DNA of 64,000 bases from Callorhinchus milii. Its lineage: Eukaryota. The notes under the pieces were generated by a model that was not told where the DNA came from, made no database searches, and saw only the letters and a program-made list of their open reading frames with translations. The stretch lies in contig NW_024704763.1 in the NCBI RefSeq assembly GCF_018977255.1, positions 7,626,001 to 7,690,000 on the forward strand, given 5' to 3'. Positions 1 through 14,429 of this stretch are shown one piece after another (the stretch's first letter is position 1; each line of letters begins with the position of its first letter). Both the position numbers and the translations under genes were made by a program.

Positions 1-55
1 TGTAAGAATTAATATTATTATTCTTCAGAGGTCGCAAGCTTTATCTTCCAACATT

Positions 56-370
56 GTAGTCCTGTAGCTCAGTGGTTAGAGCACTCGCCTCGCAAGTGAG
101 AGACCTGGGTTCGATTCCCGGCAGGGTGAAACCTTGGGCAAGTTTCCTTACTCCACACGCCGGATAATAATCCCTCAAGGTAAAAAAACTATAATAAATT
201 GGTCACTTCAATCCACGACTGTTTGTGGGACGCTGCTGTGCGCAATTGGCTGTGGTGTTTCACCCACAAATATACAGTCAATTCACTTTACAGTATATTC
301 TGTGAAACGCTTTGAGACATCGAGAAGATGTGAAAAGCACTATATCAAATGCAAGGATTATTATTATTAT
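56..370 (+). mobile_element. tRNA-derived SINE family A, internally deleted
   Basis: Val/Ala-like tRNA head (GTAGCTCAGTGGTTAGAGC...GGTTCGATTCCC), TTGGGCAAGTTTCC start of a CORE-like body, shared 3' tail ending AAATGCAAGGA(TTA)n. Confidence 0.85.
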
Positions 371-2238
371 CTTCAGATCAGCTGTTAAACTAAGGTCCTC
401 AGGTGGATGTTAAAGATCTCACTATTCCTTTGAAGAGAATATTCCAGATACAATTCCAGAAGATAAGGGAGTCTCGTTTCACCCACAGACAATCCTCCAG
501 ATATAATTGATTCATTCACTTCATGGCTGTTTGTGGCACATTGCTGTGCGCAAATTGGCTTTACAATATACTCAGTGAATGCACTTTATGGTAAATCCTG
601 TGAAGTGTTTTGAGACGTTCCTTTCATTGAGAAAGGTGCTGTATTAAATGCAAAGATAAAAAGTTAGGCTTTTTCTTATCATTAACGCTGATGCACGATT
701 GAGACAAAATTAAAAATCAAAGCAGCGCTTGGAAAAGTGTCAGCGCTTTCACGCTGTGAGTTTCGGCACACTGTGCGACACAGGAAATTAGCTCAACAAA
801 CTTTCTATAATAGCTGGAAAGGTCTCCTTAACTATGAAACCACCGCATCGAAACTCTGAACAAGAGCATAAGAATTTGCGAGGTGAAAGAAGACCAAGGT
901 CACCTTACACCTTCCTGGCAGTCGTTTGCACATGTCAAGTCTCAAACTATATACTGTACCCAAAGATATTATTTCCTAACAGAAATCGATCAAATTTATT
1001 TTTGAAAGAATTGACACTTTCTGCTTCCACCGACTCCCTGGGGAGCCTGTTCCTTACGTTTACTACTTGCTCACTGAAGTAGCGTTTCTGCAGATTTATC
1101 TGAATTTGCCCTCACCCCCCCACCCTTTTCAATCGTGGGCTGTTCAGTATAAAACAGTTTATCGTAGCCTACATTATCTAGTACAAATATATCTTCGTCG
1201 CAGAGGTTGGGGAATAAATTCTCTCAGGACAGGTCTAATATCGCATTCGATTGTAGCAGTGCCCCAATGACATCCGAACAGCTGGATAATTCTCTTTTAT
1301 TGGAATTCACAAGAAATGGCTCTCTTGTGGGATCCCTTTGGGACATGGTGGTAGCTGTCAGCAGTGAATATGATCCTGGCATCGCAAGATCACTATGGTA
1401 CTGCCTCTCATCTTAAACATAACACCTCTTGCTGTTATTGAAGCCTCTGTGGATGGTGTGATTGCATTGTCTGCAGTTACAATCTGCTGATCTAAAAATC
1501 CATGTCTTGCTTGCTCTGCTCTCTAAGCTTGCCATTTCTCTGTCTCAGACCACAGTGCATATGATGAAAGGTTGGGGGGGGGAGTGAAAGGATGAAATCT
1601 CATCTCAATGTTTAGCTAATACCTGTAAACCGACTCCGTTGCGAAGTCCTGGTCTATAACTCTTTGAACTCCTCTTACTGAATGACAGATTTATTGCTCA
1701 CTTCAGCTATCTGCATAGTGGTGGATTGCACTGTGCATTCTAATCTGATGAGCATCTGAGAAGAAAGATCCACACAGTGAAGCTCTGGTCACCGGCATCG
1801 AGTCAGAGAGCAGAGCCGTGTGGATGCAAGCACAGGCACAGCTGGACAACTCATAAATAACCCTTACTTTTGACACAGCGCCCACCTCTCATGCAAGGAG
1901 AATGTCTCAAAGGCCTTCACAGGAATTACCTCAAAAAAACTGTCTTTTGCAGGAGTTAAAAAAAGAAATTGTAGAAATTTGGCACAGAAGAAGGCCATTG
2001 TTTCAGCTCCCTCAAGATGCTTTCAGTCCCATTTACCTGGCCTTTTCCCACACCCCTGCAGCTAAATCTTTTTAAAGTATCTGTCCCACTTGAAGGCCAA
2101 TTCTGCCTCAATCATTGCTCCCAGCAGGACACTCCAAAGCCTAACTATTCTGTGCACGAAAACATTTCTGCTAACCTCCCCGTTTGCTCGTTTACCAATT
2201 ATCTTAAATTGATGCCCTGTTGTATAAGGAGTAATGTG

Positions 2239-2563
2239 GAGTCCTGTAGCTCAGTGGTTCGAGCACTCGCTTTGCAAGCGAGAGACCTGAGTTCAATTCC
2301 AGGCAGAAGGCGAAATCTTGGGCAAGTTTCCTTACTCCACACAGAGCCTAATAATAATCCCTCCAAAACCAAAAACAATAATAAAAAAAATGGTCATTTT
2401 CAATCTACGACTGTTTGTGGGACATTGCTGTGCGCAATTGGCTGCAGCGTTCACCCACAAATATACAGTCAATTCACTTTACAGTGTGTTCTGTGAAGCG
2501 CTATGGGACGTCCTCCCGACGTGAAAAGTGCTATATCAAATGCGAGGATTATTATTATTATTA
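2239..2563 (+). mobile_element. SINE family A, short subfamily, with possible 7-bp TSD
   Basis: Head-to-tail SINE; TAATGTG on both flanks (2232-2238 and 2564-2570). Confidence 0.9.
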
Positions 2564-2849
2564 TAATGTGTATTTTTTAGGAGAATGTGGCAGCCAGTTC
2601 ACACGTAGCTATGTCCTGCAAACAACCGAAAGTGAATAACCAATTTGATCTGCAAGCGAACTGAACTAAAATGAATTATTCTGAGCAGTACAAACTTTCT
2701 GAAATGATGCGGTTCTTGAAATGAAGCACGCAAGTGTGGACACAACGTGTACAGAACATACCTTTTGCACACACGTGTCTACTGAGAGAGGTAATCTTGT
2801 ATTTTTTGCTCATCTTATTTCTTTGTAGTATGTATGCCTGCCTGCAAGC

Positions 2850-3175
2850 ATTCCCACGCTCAGATACTGCACACACAAATGTTCGATTACAGGAGCACAC
2901 ATGGATACACACGCACACAGACAGGCCATTCCTATGTAGACACATCCATGCTCACACATCCACACCATGCTCACATACGCCTCTTCTATGCGAACACGCA
3001 ACTACATACCTACGCCCACACACATTCACACTCATGCACGCATATCCAGACACACATGCACGCACGCACACACAAACACACACACACACGTACACAGGCA
3101 CAAACATCCATGCTTACTCAGCATACGGGCATGCAGTGTACACACACACACACAGTCACGGCCACAGACACATGT
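2850..3175. repeat. Degenerate (CA)n-rich low-complexity tract
   Basis: Direct reading; explains the His/Thr-rich ORFs here. Confidence 0.9.
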
Positions 3176-4946
3176 AGGTAATATTGATCTATCTAGATTC
3201 TGCTGCACACATTTGAGGAGCATTCACCCAGCATTTCAGGGCGATGTCACTGTGTGACAGCGAGTGTTTACCGTGGCTCCATATGGTTAGGATGCGCTGA
3301 AAGACACCAGACTTTGATTGGATGCCAGTTACCCACTACCACTAACTTTACACGTTCCCCACTGAGTGAGCAGCAGATGGAATCACAACACTGTACAAAC
3401 ATTTGGGTCGAGCAGTCAGGGTGTGTAACTGCATTCGCCAATTCGGCAGCGAGTACCACTTGATATCTGGAACCCTGAGTCAGCGAAATAGTCTGAAATA
3501 AGTTATTCTTAGAGATTACAGTAGCTGGTGTGTACCCACTGGGTGTTACATAATCAATAATAGCTCATTGTTATACACGAGTTGATGAATCCACTGTCCA
3601 GTACAGTGTTGAGCTGTACAGACAGACTGGAATGTGTTGAGTTGGATTCCTGGTTTGTGCTGTTCCAGGAGCCAGGAGCTCGATAGAAATCTGGAGCAGG
3701 AAACCTGGTGGAGCTGTCTCTCTCAGTCTGTCTCTCTCCCTCCGACTACCCTCTCCAACCTAGGCAATTGATTCCTATCCAGGTCACATCAACTAAGTCC
3801 GCTCACAGGATGTGAAACTGGGCCATTCCAGTTTGTATGGTTCAAATAAACAATATGATATAATAATGGGACTGAATATGGGATAAGTTGATTCCGGGCA
3901 GGGCGAAACCTTAGGCAAGTTTCCTTACTTCACACACCTCTCTTTACCCAACAGTAAATAGGAACCAGGTTGTTAGTCGATTGGCAGATCGCTTTTCCGG
4001 GGGTAATTATCCCTCAAAAAATCTATAATTTGGTCACTCATTCCATGACTGTTTGTGGGACACTGCTGTACTCAATTGGCTACCGCATTTGGCCCACAAA
4101 ATATACAGTCAATTCATTTACATTCATTGTGACAAGCCTTTCAGGTCAGCTCGTTTCAAAGAGCTTAAAAAAGTTTTACTGTAAAGTGTAGTGACTGTAG
4201 GTGAAGGTCATCTAATTTTGGATAGTTCCATAGGACCTTCAACACCCACTTGAACAGGCAGACACAACCTCGGTTTAACATCTCATCCAAAGCACCTCGG
4301 ACAGGATAATGCACTCCCAGCACTGGGTTGGAATGTCAGCCTGGACTATGTGTATTCAAAATCCCAACGTGGGATTACGCTTGAGCCCACGTCCTTGTGA
4401 CTCAGAAACGAACACGTGACCAACTGACAATCATCCGAGGTGCGGGAATAAAAGATTCCTCACAAAACATGAAGCGAAAACAGCGTCAGCCAGTTGCCAC
4501 TTTGTAAACTGTTTTGTTCGGGTGACAACGAGATGCAGCAAGCTTAACAGATGGGAGCGATCCCAAGTCCTGACAGATCATTACTGGAGCAACAGAGGCA
4601 GGCTCAGCAAGGCAGGCTTATCTGCCAGCTCATTGCTGTTGCTCACAGCGCTGTGCTCAGCCACTTCTCCAGCCTGGCTAGATAATGTTAATGGCTTATT
4701 GACTGAATATGGGATCAGTGGACTGAGATTGGATTGCAAACTAATGAGGCATAGAAAATCGTGGCAGAGAACTATCAACTGAGCTCTGGTTCCTCGTGAA
4801 ATAATAATAATATAATAATAATAATACGTGCATTTGATAGAGCGCCTTATCAAGTTGTTGAGACCCTCGAGACGTCCTCCTGACGTGAAAGGTGCTATAG
4901 AAATGTAATTTGTTGTTGTCTCAAAGAACTTGACAGGACATACTCT

Positions 4947-5272
4947 TAATAATAATAATAATAATCCTTGCATTTGATATAGCGCTTTTCACGTCGGGAG
5001 GACGTCTCAAAGCGCTTCACAGAACACACTGTAAAGTGAATTGACTGTAAATTTGTGGGCGAACGCGGCAGCCAATTGCACACAGCAATGTCCCACAAAC
5101 AGTCGTAGATTGAAAATGACCAATTTATTATTGTTTTTGGTTTTGGAGGGATTATTATTAGGCTCTGTGTGGAGTAAGGAAACTTGCCCAAGGTTTCACC
5201 CTCTGCCTGGAATTGAACTCAGGTCTCTCACTTGCAAAGCGAGTGCTCTAACCACTGAGCTACAGGACTCCA
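4947..5272 (-). mobile_element. SINE family A, short subfamily
   Basis: Reverse complement near-identical to 2239-2563 and 9890-10219. Confidence 0.9.
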
Positions 5273-5652
5273 CGTAATGCATATACCGGGTATCAATTAA
5301 AGTGAAAATTGCAGCTTTGGTTCAAGTTAAGGGCATAGGATTTGCAGCTGTTAAGAGGTTTTCTGACCTACAAAACACAAAATCACTACACTTTACAGTA
5401 AAACTCTTTTAAGCTCTTTGAAATGAGCTGACATTAAAGGCTTCTCACAATGGACTGTAAGTGAATTGACAGTATATTTTGTGGGCCATATGTGGTCTGA
5501 GCATATGATACAAGATTATACAACATATGTATAGTGCCTTTCATTGTCAGGGGGCACGTCTCAAGGCTCTGGGCAGTCAGGGATTTGGACCCAAGTGGGG
5601 GTGGGTGTGGGGCTTTTAATTGGCTTATCTTCTCGTCTGAAGTGATATAGGA

Positions 5653-6097
5653 AAATAAAGCAATCCTCGTATTTGACATCGCACCTTTCACATTGGGAGG
5701 ACATTACATAGAGCTTCACAATATCTTATTGTAAAGTACAGCTTCACATTGTATTTTGGAATAGAACATGGGAGCCAATTTACACAGAGAAATGTCCCCA
5801 AAACAGTCATGAAGCGAGTGACCAATTTTTATCCTGGAGATTACTTGGGCAGGATACCAGGAAAGAGAAACTCTCTTCTCCTTCTGTATAGCATCATGGA
5901 ATTTTTTAATGTCCACTTGAACAGGCATAGATACGGTCCTCGATTTAATAAATCATCTGAAGGACGGCACCTCCAGGAATCAGTGTGCTACTGCACTGGA
6001 GTGTCAGACCAGACTATGAGCTCAAAGCCCTGACATGAGGCTTGGACCCACAGCCTTCTGACTCAGAGGCGAGAGTGCTACCCACTGAACCAGGTTC
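5653..6097 (-). mobile_element. DeuSINE-like SINE family B
   Basis: Reverse complement: tRNA head (GGTAGCACTCTCGCCTCTGAGTCAGAAG), Deu-domain motif GGAGGTGCCGTCCTTCAGATG, shared tail. Confidence 0.8.
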
Positions 6098-9000
6098 ACA
6101 GCTGGACCAGGTAAACCCAGAACAATGATTTATAAAAATAATAATAATCCTTGCATTTGATATAGTGCCTTATCATGTCTTCAAGATTCGCAAAGCGCTT
6201 CACAGGATATATTACAAAGAGAGTTGACTGTATATTTTGTGGACAAAACATAAAAGATATATAAATTCTAAGGTATAGAAGACCTGTAACTTTGAAGCTC
6301 GACTCTTTCAAACATTCAATAAGTTTTGCTTAAAATACACAAGTGCGCGCCGACGGAGATCAGGAAGGAGTTAAGATTTTATTGGAGTGATTTACAGCAA
6401 ACTGTGCGGTTCTTTTGCTTACAGCCAAGGCAACATTCCTTCTGCTCGAATCGGATGCATTTTCCACCTAAACACCCACTAGATCCACTGAAATATCCCC
6501 GCCACCCACCCACGCTCCAGAGTCAGGCTTTACAACTTTCAGATGGGACGTTAAACCTAAGTCCTGTCTGCCTGATCAGCTGGACTTTATCAGCTGGATA
6601 GCAGGGCACTTTTCAAATAGAAAAGGGAGTTTCTCCCGGTGTCCTGGCTAACAATCTCCTTGATAGAATTGGTCACTCTGTTTGAGGGACATTGCTGTGC
6701 GCAAATTGATTGTCGCATTCGCTCACAAAGTACACACAGTCATTATAGTATATCTTCTAAAGCGCTTTGATGGGTCTTGATGACATAAGGCTCCATATCA
6801 AATGCAAGGATTATTATTATTATCATCATTATTATTATTAAAATCGAGCCAGTGAATCAAACTTCAGACTCTTCAGAGGGAAAGCTGCAGGTTCTCTCTA
6901 GATCACTAGAGTGCGCTACAGTTAAAGAAATGGCTTGTTGGGCAGCCAATTCCTTATCATACGTTTAATATCCCAGAGTCGGGTGACTTAACATGAGTGA
7001 AAGTTTGTTGCACCCTATTACCAAATGAAAACGAGTAAATGGATGCAATGAACAGTCAGTGATTTAGCTCCAGAAATGAGAGAATTCTCCATCAATTCAA
7101 TAAATAATAAGAATCTTCACGCTTGGTATATCACCTTTCACGTCAGGAGGATGTCTCAAAGCACAGGACTTTACTGTGAAGTGACTGTGTATTTATACTT
7201 GAACTCAGCAGCCCACCTGCCCACAGCAACATCCCACAAACAGCCGCGATGGGAAATGATCAATCTTATTTGGGGGGATTGCTGGCCGGGACAACTTCTC
7301 ACCGGGTTGACCAGATTTCCCCAGTAGATGGCACCAACTCTTTGCCAAGGTTTCCGTGGCCTTGAGAATGAGACAACTTGATGGGCTGGTTCAGGAATCT
7401 GCAGGTCTGTGTTCAGACAGGAGTGATATGAAAATCCCATATTAGAAGTTGAGAGTGCATTGGAATGCATGAAAACAGGCACTGGAGGAGGTCAATCAGC
7501 CCCTCGAGCCAGTTCACCAGTTGATTAGATCTTGAGTGACCTTTTAATCCCAGTGCCCCATCCCTTTGCCATCCCTCTCGATGCTGTCCTTTAGATGAGA
7601 CTTTAAACCGAGGTTCCGTCCGCCTGTTCAAGTAGACGTAAAAGATGCCGTGGCAATATTCGAAAAGAGAAAGGAGTTTCTCTCTGTCTTGACCAACAAT
7701 CCCCCAGATAAAGTTTGGTCATTCACTCCATGGCTGTTTGTGAGCCATTGCTGTACGCAAACAGCTGCCTCGACCCTCTACAAAATGCACAGTCACTACA
7801 CTTGATAGTAAATATGTTAGAAGCTTTGAGACATCCTTCCCACTTGGAAGGAGCAATATCAAATGAAAGGATTATTATTATTATTATGAAGTCAGAAGTA
7901 ATGCATTGAAAATCAGGCCAGTTATAAGTGTGCGTTCTCAATGCACCCTCACAGCTTAGCAGCACACGTCAACAGAATGTCCCAGTTCCTGGGGATAATC
8001 AATATAATTTACGATCGAAAAAGCATTGAATGACCTTACTTTGAAGAAACAGTGCAAGGAACACATATTTTAAAGCTGAAGGGTGGTTCTGAGTCATGCT
8101 AATTTATTCATGGTACAAACTGAACTCTTAAAATGCCTCTACATCATTTTCCTTCGCAGGTTTCCACAGGGCCGTTATGCTTCCTATTCGATTCTTCTCA
8201 CGCGCATGTCTTGCATAATTTGTTGATTAAAGTGGAGTACTCTGTAAATTAGCCTCCTTCTGTTGCATTTTACCGTACATTCTCCTGCTACGAGAATGGT
8301 TATTCTGCAATGTGACTGAGTAGCCGAGTCAACATTCGTCAAAGTGCCACTGAGAGCCTGATGCCTGCCTGCCAATGTTTGCATTTACGTTCCTCCTTAT
8401 TTGAGGATTGAGTGTTGAATAAGAGTGGTGGTGGGGTTGGGTGGGGGGGGTGGGGGGGGGAGGGCGGCCTGTTGATAGCTACTCTTGCCTCTGACGCCTC
8501 TCCATTCCCTTCTCCTACATGTGTGCATCAAGCTTTCTCATAAATACATTGATGCTTGTTGCTTCAAGCACAGCTTGTGCCAGTGAGTTAGTTCTACATT
8601 CTCACCACATTCTGTTTGAAGAAGTTCCTCCAAAAGATCTACGGCTGGCTATCATATATTTATTTACTTTTCGCCCTCAAAATACACAGTCAACTCACTT
8701 TACAACATAGCCTGCGAAGCGATTTGACACGTCTGAACGATGTGATAAGGCGCAATATCAAATGCAAGGATTATTATTATATTCTCTTTGTTTTGGACTC
8801 ACCAACAAGTGGAAATGACAACAGTAGCTCATACTTACACAGCTCTCTTCACGCAGGATAGCATCCTCGAGGGCTATGGAGGAAGCAGCTTATTAACATC
8901 CACCTTATCCTTTAACAACGATAACCTCTTGATCAGGTTCCCTCTCTTTTTTGGTCAGCCGGGCGTCTGACACATTCGGAATACCTTCACCATGCTTAAG

Positions 9001-9889
9001 AGCATCCAAACCACACCTTGAACCTCGAGAGCTATTTATTGGAGTGTAATGCGCACTCTCTCCCCTGCCTTGTCGGAGGTGCCGTCCTTTGGGTGAGATG
9101 TTCAACTGAAACTCTGTCAGGTGGACATTAGGGCTTACCAAATGTAAGCAATATAATTCTTCCACAACAGTGGGGTGAGATGGAAACAAATGAAGATCAT
9201 GTATAGAAGGCATGAAGTATACCGAGAGATGTGCTTTATTTATTGGCATTTGACTCTGTTACAACCCTGACTAACACTTGACTTAAATCTTATGAAGTTT
9301 CACATCGCAGCACCGAGTTGCCATGTAATCCACTCCTAATAAGTGCCAGAGCAAATACGTGTTTATTTTGATTAAACGTGCACCTCAGCTGGCATTTGAC
9401 GTGTTCATATTGTGAGCCTGACAGTGCTAGTTGGCTTGCCTGACCCCTCCAGCTGAGCGTTAAGTGAGTTTTAAACTGTGTGTGCGATGCACTGGACAAT
9501 TTGACACCCTCGTAACTCTTGAGCTGAGCTGTCATCCATCTGGGGAATAGATCATTCCCCAAGTATGAGGTATGGAAACGCAGGTTGGAAAGTTCGTCCC
9601 TGGGTTCAGTTTACCACGCTGCAATTTGGACCCTCCAGGCTGCTTAATGCTCCCACCATCGGCAGCCGCGCTTTCAGCCACTACACCCCGAAGCTTTCGA
9701 ACTCTCTGCCCCAATCCCTCCGCCTTGCCCCTCCCGCGTCTCCTCTTTTCGATCACGACACAACAGCTTGCGTTTATAATAGCGCCCCTCAAGCAGGGTA
9801 GCGTGTCCGAGCGCCTGACAGTGGCAGAGCCGGGGGGAGGGGGAGGTAACCGTAGGCACAACTGAAGACCTTACCCTTCGCCGGTGCTG

Positions 9890-10219
9890 ATAATAATAAT
9901 AATAATAATAATCCTTGCATTTGATATAGCGCTTTTCACGTCGGGAGGACGTCCCAAAGCGCTTCACAGAATATACTGTAAAATGAATTGAATGTATATT
10001 TGTGGGCGAACGCAGCAGTCAATTGCGCACAGCAATGTCCCACAAACAGTCGTAGATTGAAAATAACCAATTTATTATTGTTTTTGGTTTTGGAGGGATT
10101 ATTATTAGGCTCTGTGTGGAGTAAGGAAACTTGCCCAAGGTTTCGCCCTCTGCCTGGAATTGAACTCAGGTCTCTCACTTGCAAAGCGAGTGCTCTAACC
10201 ACTGAGCTACACGACTCCA
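9890..10219 (-). mobile_element. SINE family A, short subfamily
   Basis: About 12 substitutions vs 4947-5272 over about 305 nt by manual comparison. Confidence 0.9.
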
Positions 10220-10524
10220 GAAATGGCCACCTCTTCCCTCCCTCTCGCTCGGCATCAGGCTCCACCACTGTTAAGCTGCCCTGAGACATGGGCCTGCATG
10301 AAGGCCACTATATAAAAGTTGTTGTTGTATCCACAAGGAGGTATGAGCTTGTAAGGGATTTTTCAGGAAACCATTCTGAGACATCGGTAAATGCTCGGCT
10401 GAAATCCCCATTCTCAACAGGCACTGACGATTCGATTCATTGATGAGCAAAGATACACCGAGGGTTATCCCAAAGATGAGCTTTCCCATCGAGAAGCAAG
10501 TCCAGCTTGCTTCAGGATCCCCGA

Positions 10525-10805
10525 CACTTTCCGCTCCACCATTGGCGGTCGGGCATTCTGCATCTCTGCCCCCACATTCTGGAACCCTATCCCGCAGTCT
10601 CTCCACCTCAACCTCTCTCTTGCCTCCTTCAAGTCCCGACTGAAGACCTTGCCCTTCAACTGCCTTCAGCCACTCTCCTACGCCCAACCCCCCTGCACTC
10701 CTTCCCTTCTGATCCCAGCTCTGCTCCAGAACCCCTGATTGTCCTGCACCCTGAGACCACCTTCCAACGTGAAGGGTGCTATACAAGTGTAATTTGTTGT
10801 TTTTT
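10525..10805 (+). mobile_element. L2 LINE 3' fragment
   Basis: CCACCATTGGCGGTCGGGC...CTGGAAC...GTGAAGGGTGCTATACAAGTGTAATTTGTTG. Confidence 0.8.
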
Positions 10806-11515
10806 TCTCATGGTGTCCTGACCATCAATTCTACAGATAAAATTGACCACTCACTTCATGCCTATTTGTGGGACATTGCTGTGAGCACATTGGCTGCTGC
10901 ATTCATCTACAAAATACAGTCACTACACTTAAGAGTAAATCCTATGAAGTGCTTTGAGACATCGTTCTGACATGAAATATATATCAAATGCTAAGATTAC
11001 TATTAAGATTGGTGAGTTTAATGATGACCGACTTTAAGCTTACATGAAAATTAAACGGAAGTGGCAATTAAAGCCAGTCTCTTCATTCTATTGCTTTATT
11101 TTCCTTCAATGTACTTGTGCTTTGAGAGATGATTGTGAGGGATACAGAGTGATGTAGTTGCATGGAGCTGTAGAATGTACGATCTCCATCTTAAACTCAG
11201 TTTAACTTCGATGTCCTCACAGATATCCTCAAAGATATCTAAATGTAAAGCCAATTGAAATTTCTCCCCTCCCGTTAGGGTGTATGTCAGTCACCGGCAA
11301 TGCTATCTGTTCTCTTCTCTCAGACTCTTTCTGCCTTGTTCCTCAATCTCTTTCCTTTCGCTGGCTCATTTTCCGTCGTCAGAAGATAATGATACAGAGA
11401 CTCTGAAGGAGTCAGGAAACAATGGAATTCAATGCCAGAGACTTCAATGCCACTTCACAGTGATTGGGAACTTGCTGTCCAAGGGCAGACAGCAAATATC
11501 CTGTCCGGACTGCTT

Positions 11516-11895
11516 CAACAACAACAACAAATTACATTTGTATAGCACCTTCCACATAAGGAGGATGTCCCAAGGTCAGGGATTCGCACCTGGTGGATGG
11601 GATCAGGAGGGGTGGAGGGTGGGGAAGGTTGGGATAGAAAGGTGACCAAAGGCGTAGTTGAAGAGGAGAGTCTTGAGACTGATCTTGAAGGAGACAAAAG
11701 AGGGGGTGAGGCGGAGGGACTGCAGGATGGAGTTCCAGAGGGTGGGGGTAGAGATGCTGAAGGCCCGCCCGGCAATGGTAAGGGAGGGCAAGGCAGGGGA
11801 CGTGAAGCAGGCCGGAGCCCTCTGAGCGGAGGGAGCGCATAGGTTGGTAGGGGGTTAGCAGGTCGCAGAGGTAGTGGGGGAGCAAGGCCGTTTCA
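11516..11895 (-). mobile_element. L2 LINE 3' fragment
   Basis: ORF 11603-11791 AGRAFSISTPTLWNSILQSLRL...SFKISLKTLLFNYAF; (CAA)n tail on the plus strand. Confidence 0.85.
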
Positions 11896-12896
11896 CTGGA
11901 AGTTTGATGTACTGCCAGCAAAGTTCATGCGTTCAACTTGCCCAGCCTCTAGTTAGTGAAGGAGCAGGGAAGGCTGATGAGCCGGGCGGCTGACAATTAT
12001 TGCTGGGGATGGGAACCGCTGGTTTATGAAATGCCTGACTAATAAGAAACCTGAACGTATGGCATACAGATCAAAACTCAGTATTCAAGTAGCACCCGAG
12101 GCCAGTAAACAAATCCCAGGCTTTAAACCTTCGGAAAAATGCATCAACACCTTGTCCCGTTTGAATACAGGACCCCGAAAGGTGGACTTATTAAATGAGA
12201 TCAGAGAGAAACCAGAAGATCGGTGACATCGACTTGGTTCTTTATAATTCAATGGAAACTGAACACAACTCTCTGCAGATAGGACACTAATGCTGGACTA
12301 TTTATTCACGGTTCCCAGGTATTGTCAAGGAAGCCTTCACTGGCATTCATCATGATAATAATCTGTACATTTGATACTGCGCCTTTCGCATTGGAAGATG
12401 GTCTCAAATTGTTTGACATAAGGCCACCATAACTGCAGCTCTACCCCCAGCACAGTACTGGATTGCCAGCCTAGATTGAGCTCAAAGCCTTTGTCGTGGG
12501 GCTTGAACCCGTCACCTTCTGACTCTGCTAAACCGACTGAGCCAGGCTGATATGCTGCAATGTGTTCGAAGCATCGGTGAAATGCCAAACAGAAGAGTTT
12601 GGAAGTGGCGGAGATTGGGCGACTGTGAAAATAAACGCTCACTGTGGTATTTCGGGACGCGGTTCTCAGGCTGAGCTGGGAGCTGGCCACGACCATTTAA
12701 TTCATTTGCTGCTGTCGAATCCTATTGTATCAGTGTGTCTCAGCTGTGGACTGCAGGAACCCTATGGGATTCATAGAAAGCAGCGAATGCACCAGACAGC
12801 TTATTGTATACAGACGCAGGCCTACATACACACATACACACACACACATATACTCAACTGTCTGAATTGTTGGATATGGCATGTGGAGGAATGAAA

Positions 12897-13257
12897 ATAA
12901 TAATAATAATCCTTGCATTTGATATCTCGCCTCATTGAGACTTCTCAAAGCGCTACACAGAATATATTGTGAAGCAGACTGACTGCATATTTTGTGGGCG
13001 AAACGTGGCAGGCCAATTGCGCACAGCAGTGTCCTACAAACAGTTGTGGATTGAGTGACCGATTTTTTTTGTTGAGGGTTTATTATTCCTGGAAAGCGAT
13101 CCGACAATCGACTAACAACCGGGTTGCTATTTACTGCTGGGTAAGCAGAAGCGTGTTGAGTAAAAAAACTTACCTAAGGTTTCGCTCGGCCTGGGAATCG
13201 AACACAGGTCCTCTCGCTTGCGAGGTGAGCGTACTAACTACTACGCCGCAGGACTCC
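12897..13257 (-). mobile_element. SINE family A, full length
   Basis: Tail, CORE-like body and tRNA head all present on the minus strand. Confidence 0.85.
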
Positions 13258-14429
13258 GGAACTTAATCACAGTGAAAATGAACAAGGAGAGGAGAGATGT
13301 CTGAACGAACAAAGCAAGATTGCAATTTGTTTGTTGGCGTCGTAAACACGGACGGGCTTTTTGTTTTCAGAAAAGAAAATTTGCCACTTTAAGCCCTTCA
13401 GCGAATTTCCAGCCAATTTGTCCTACGAAAATTTGGACGCTGTTCAAAATGAAATGTCCTTTTGACAGTGATGAGTCTGCCTGGTGGGTGGTGAGCATCT
13501 GGGAGCTTTGTGCTGCCTGTGTGGGTATTGAGGTGGGTGTCAGCGAGCTTTGTATCGATGATGTATGCATGTAACATGCTGTCGTGTAGATCCAAGACAG
13601 GAGTGCCTGATTCTCTCTGAAGTGTGGACTAGCGGAACGATTAGTGGGTGACAGACATCTAGTTAGGATTGCGGGTCAATTTCTGCCTGAATATAATGCT
13701 TGCTTTTCTCAAATTAATGATTTTCCTGAGAGTTTCCTGCATTTTTTCACTCTCGAGGCCTCAGCTTATTCCCTCCGATTTCAAAATCCGCCAAATGACT
13801 TAATCCTTTGCCTGTGTTTTTAGCCAGTCCCTGTGTCTCCCCTCCCCATTCTCCCTCCCAGCTTGGGCTCTACTCAGTCTTTGTCGAGACGTGAAAGATG
13901 CTATATAAATGTGAATCGTTGTTGCATTGTGGAATCCGGTAGTATAGTGGGTAGAGCAGTTGCCTCGCAAGCGAGAGGACTCGGGTTTGATTGCCTTGAT
14001 TCTTAGGCAAGTTTCTTTACTCCACAGAAAATCTCTCCTGCAGATATAATGAAGACTGTAACTTTGGGTATTGGAAACCCAGAGGCTTCCAAGCATCGAG
14101 GTCTGAGCAATGAAGGTCAATCCACTTGTTGGTGATCCACATGGGTCTAGATTTACTCTTAATAACAAAGTGTTTCAGAACATCCAGGAGTTGGCACATT
14201 GCCAAATTCAATCTGCCTTTTGAAGCTGGTTTCTTTAGTTTCTTAAAGGAACTTGCAGAAAAAACAGTTCCAAAATTCAGTCCCTGTTCGAGAATTTACC
14301 AAACACTGGATGTCCTAAAATGAAGAGAGTGAATCCAGACCCGGGTCGATTTTCTCCCCGTTTGGTTCTTTTCAAGAACGGCAGAAAACCGGCCTCTAAA
14401 TTAACAGAGAATTTAAGAGCTCTCCACAA

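Noticed and set aside
56-130. tRNA-like heads as tRNA genes
   Set aside because: No acceptor-stem closure or terminator; they run directly into SINE body and tail.
13696-13803. MLAFLKLMIFLRVSCIFSLS... as the CD276 signal-peptide exon
   Set aside because: Hydrophobic and about 1.1 kb upstream of IgV, but there is no phase-1 GT donor. The ORF at 4522-4782 fails the same test. The true exon is probably upstream of the window or was missed.
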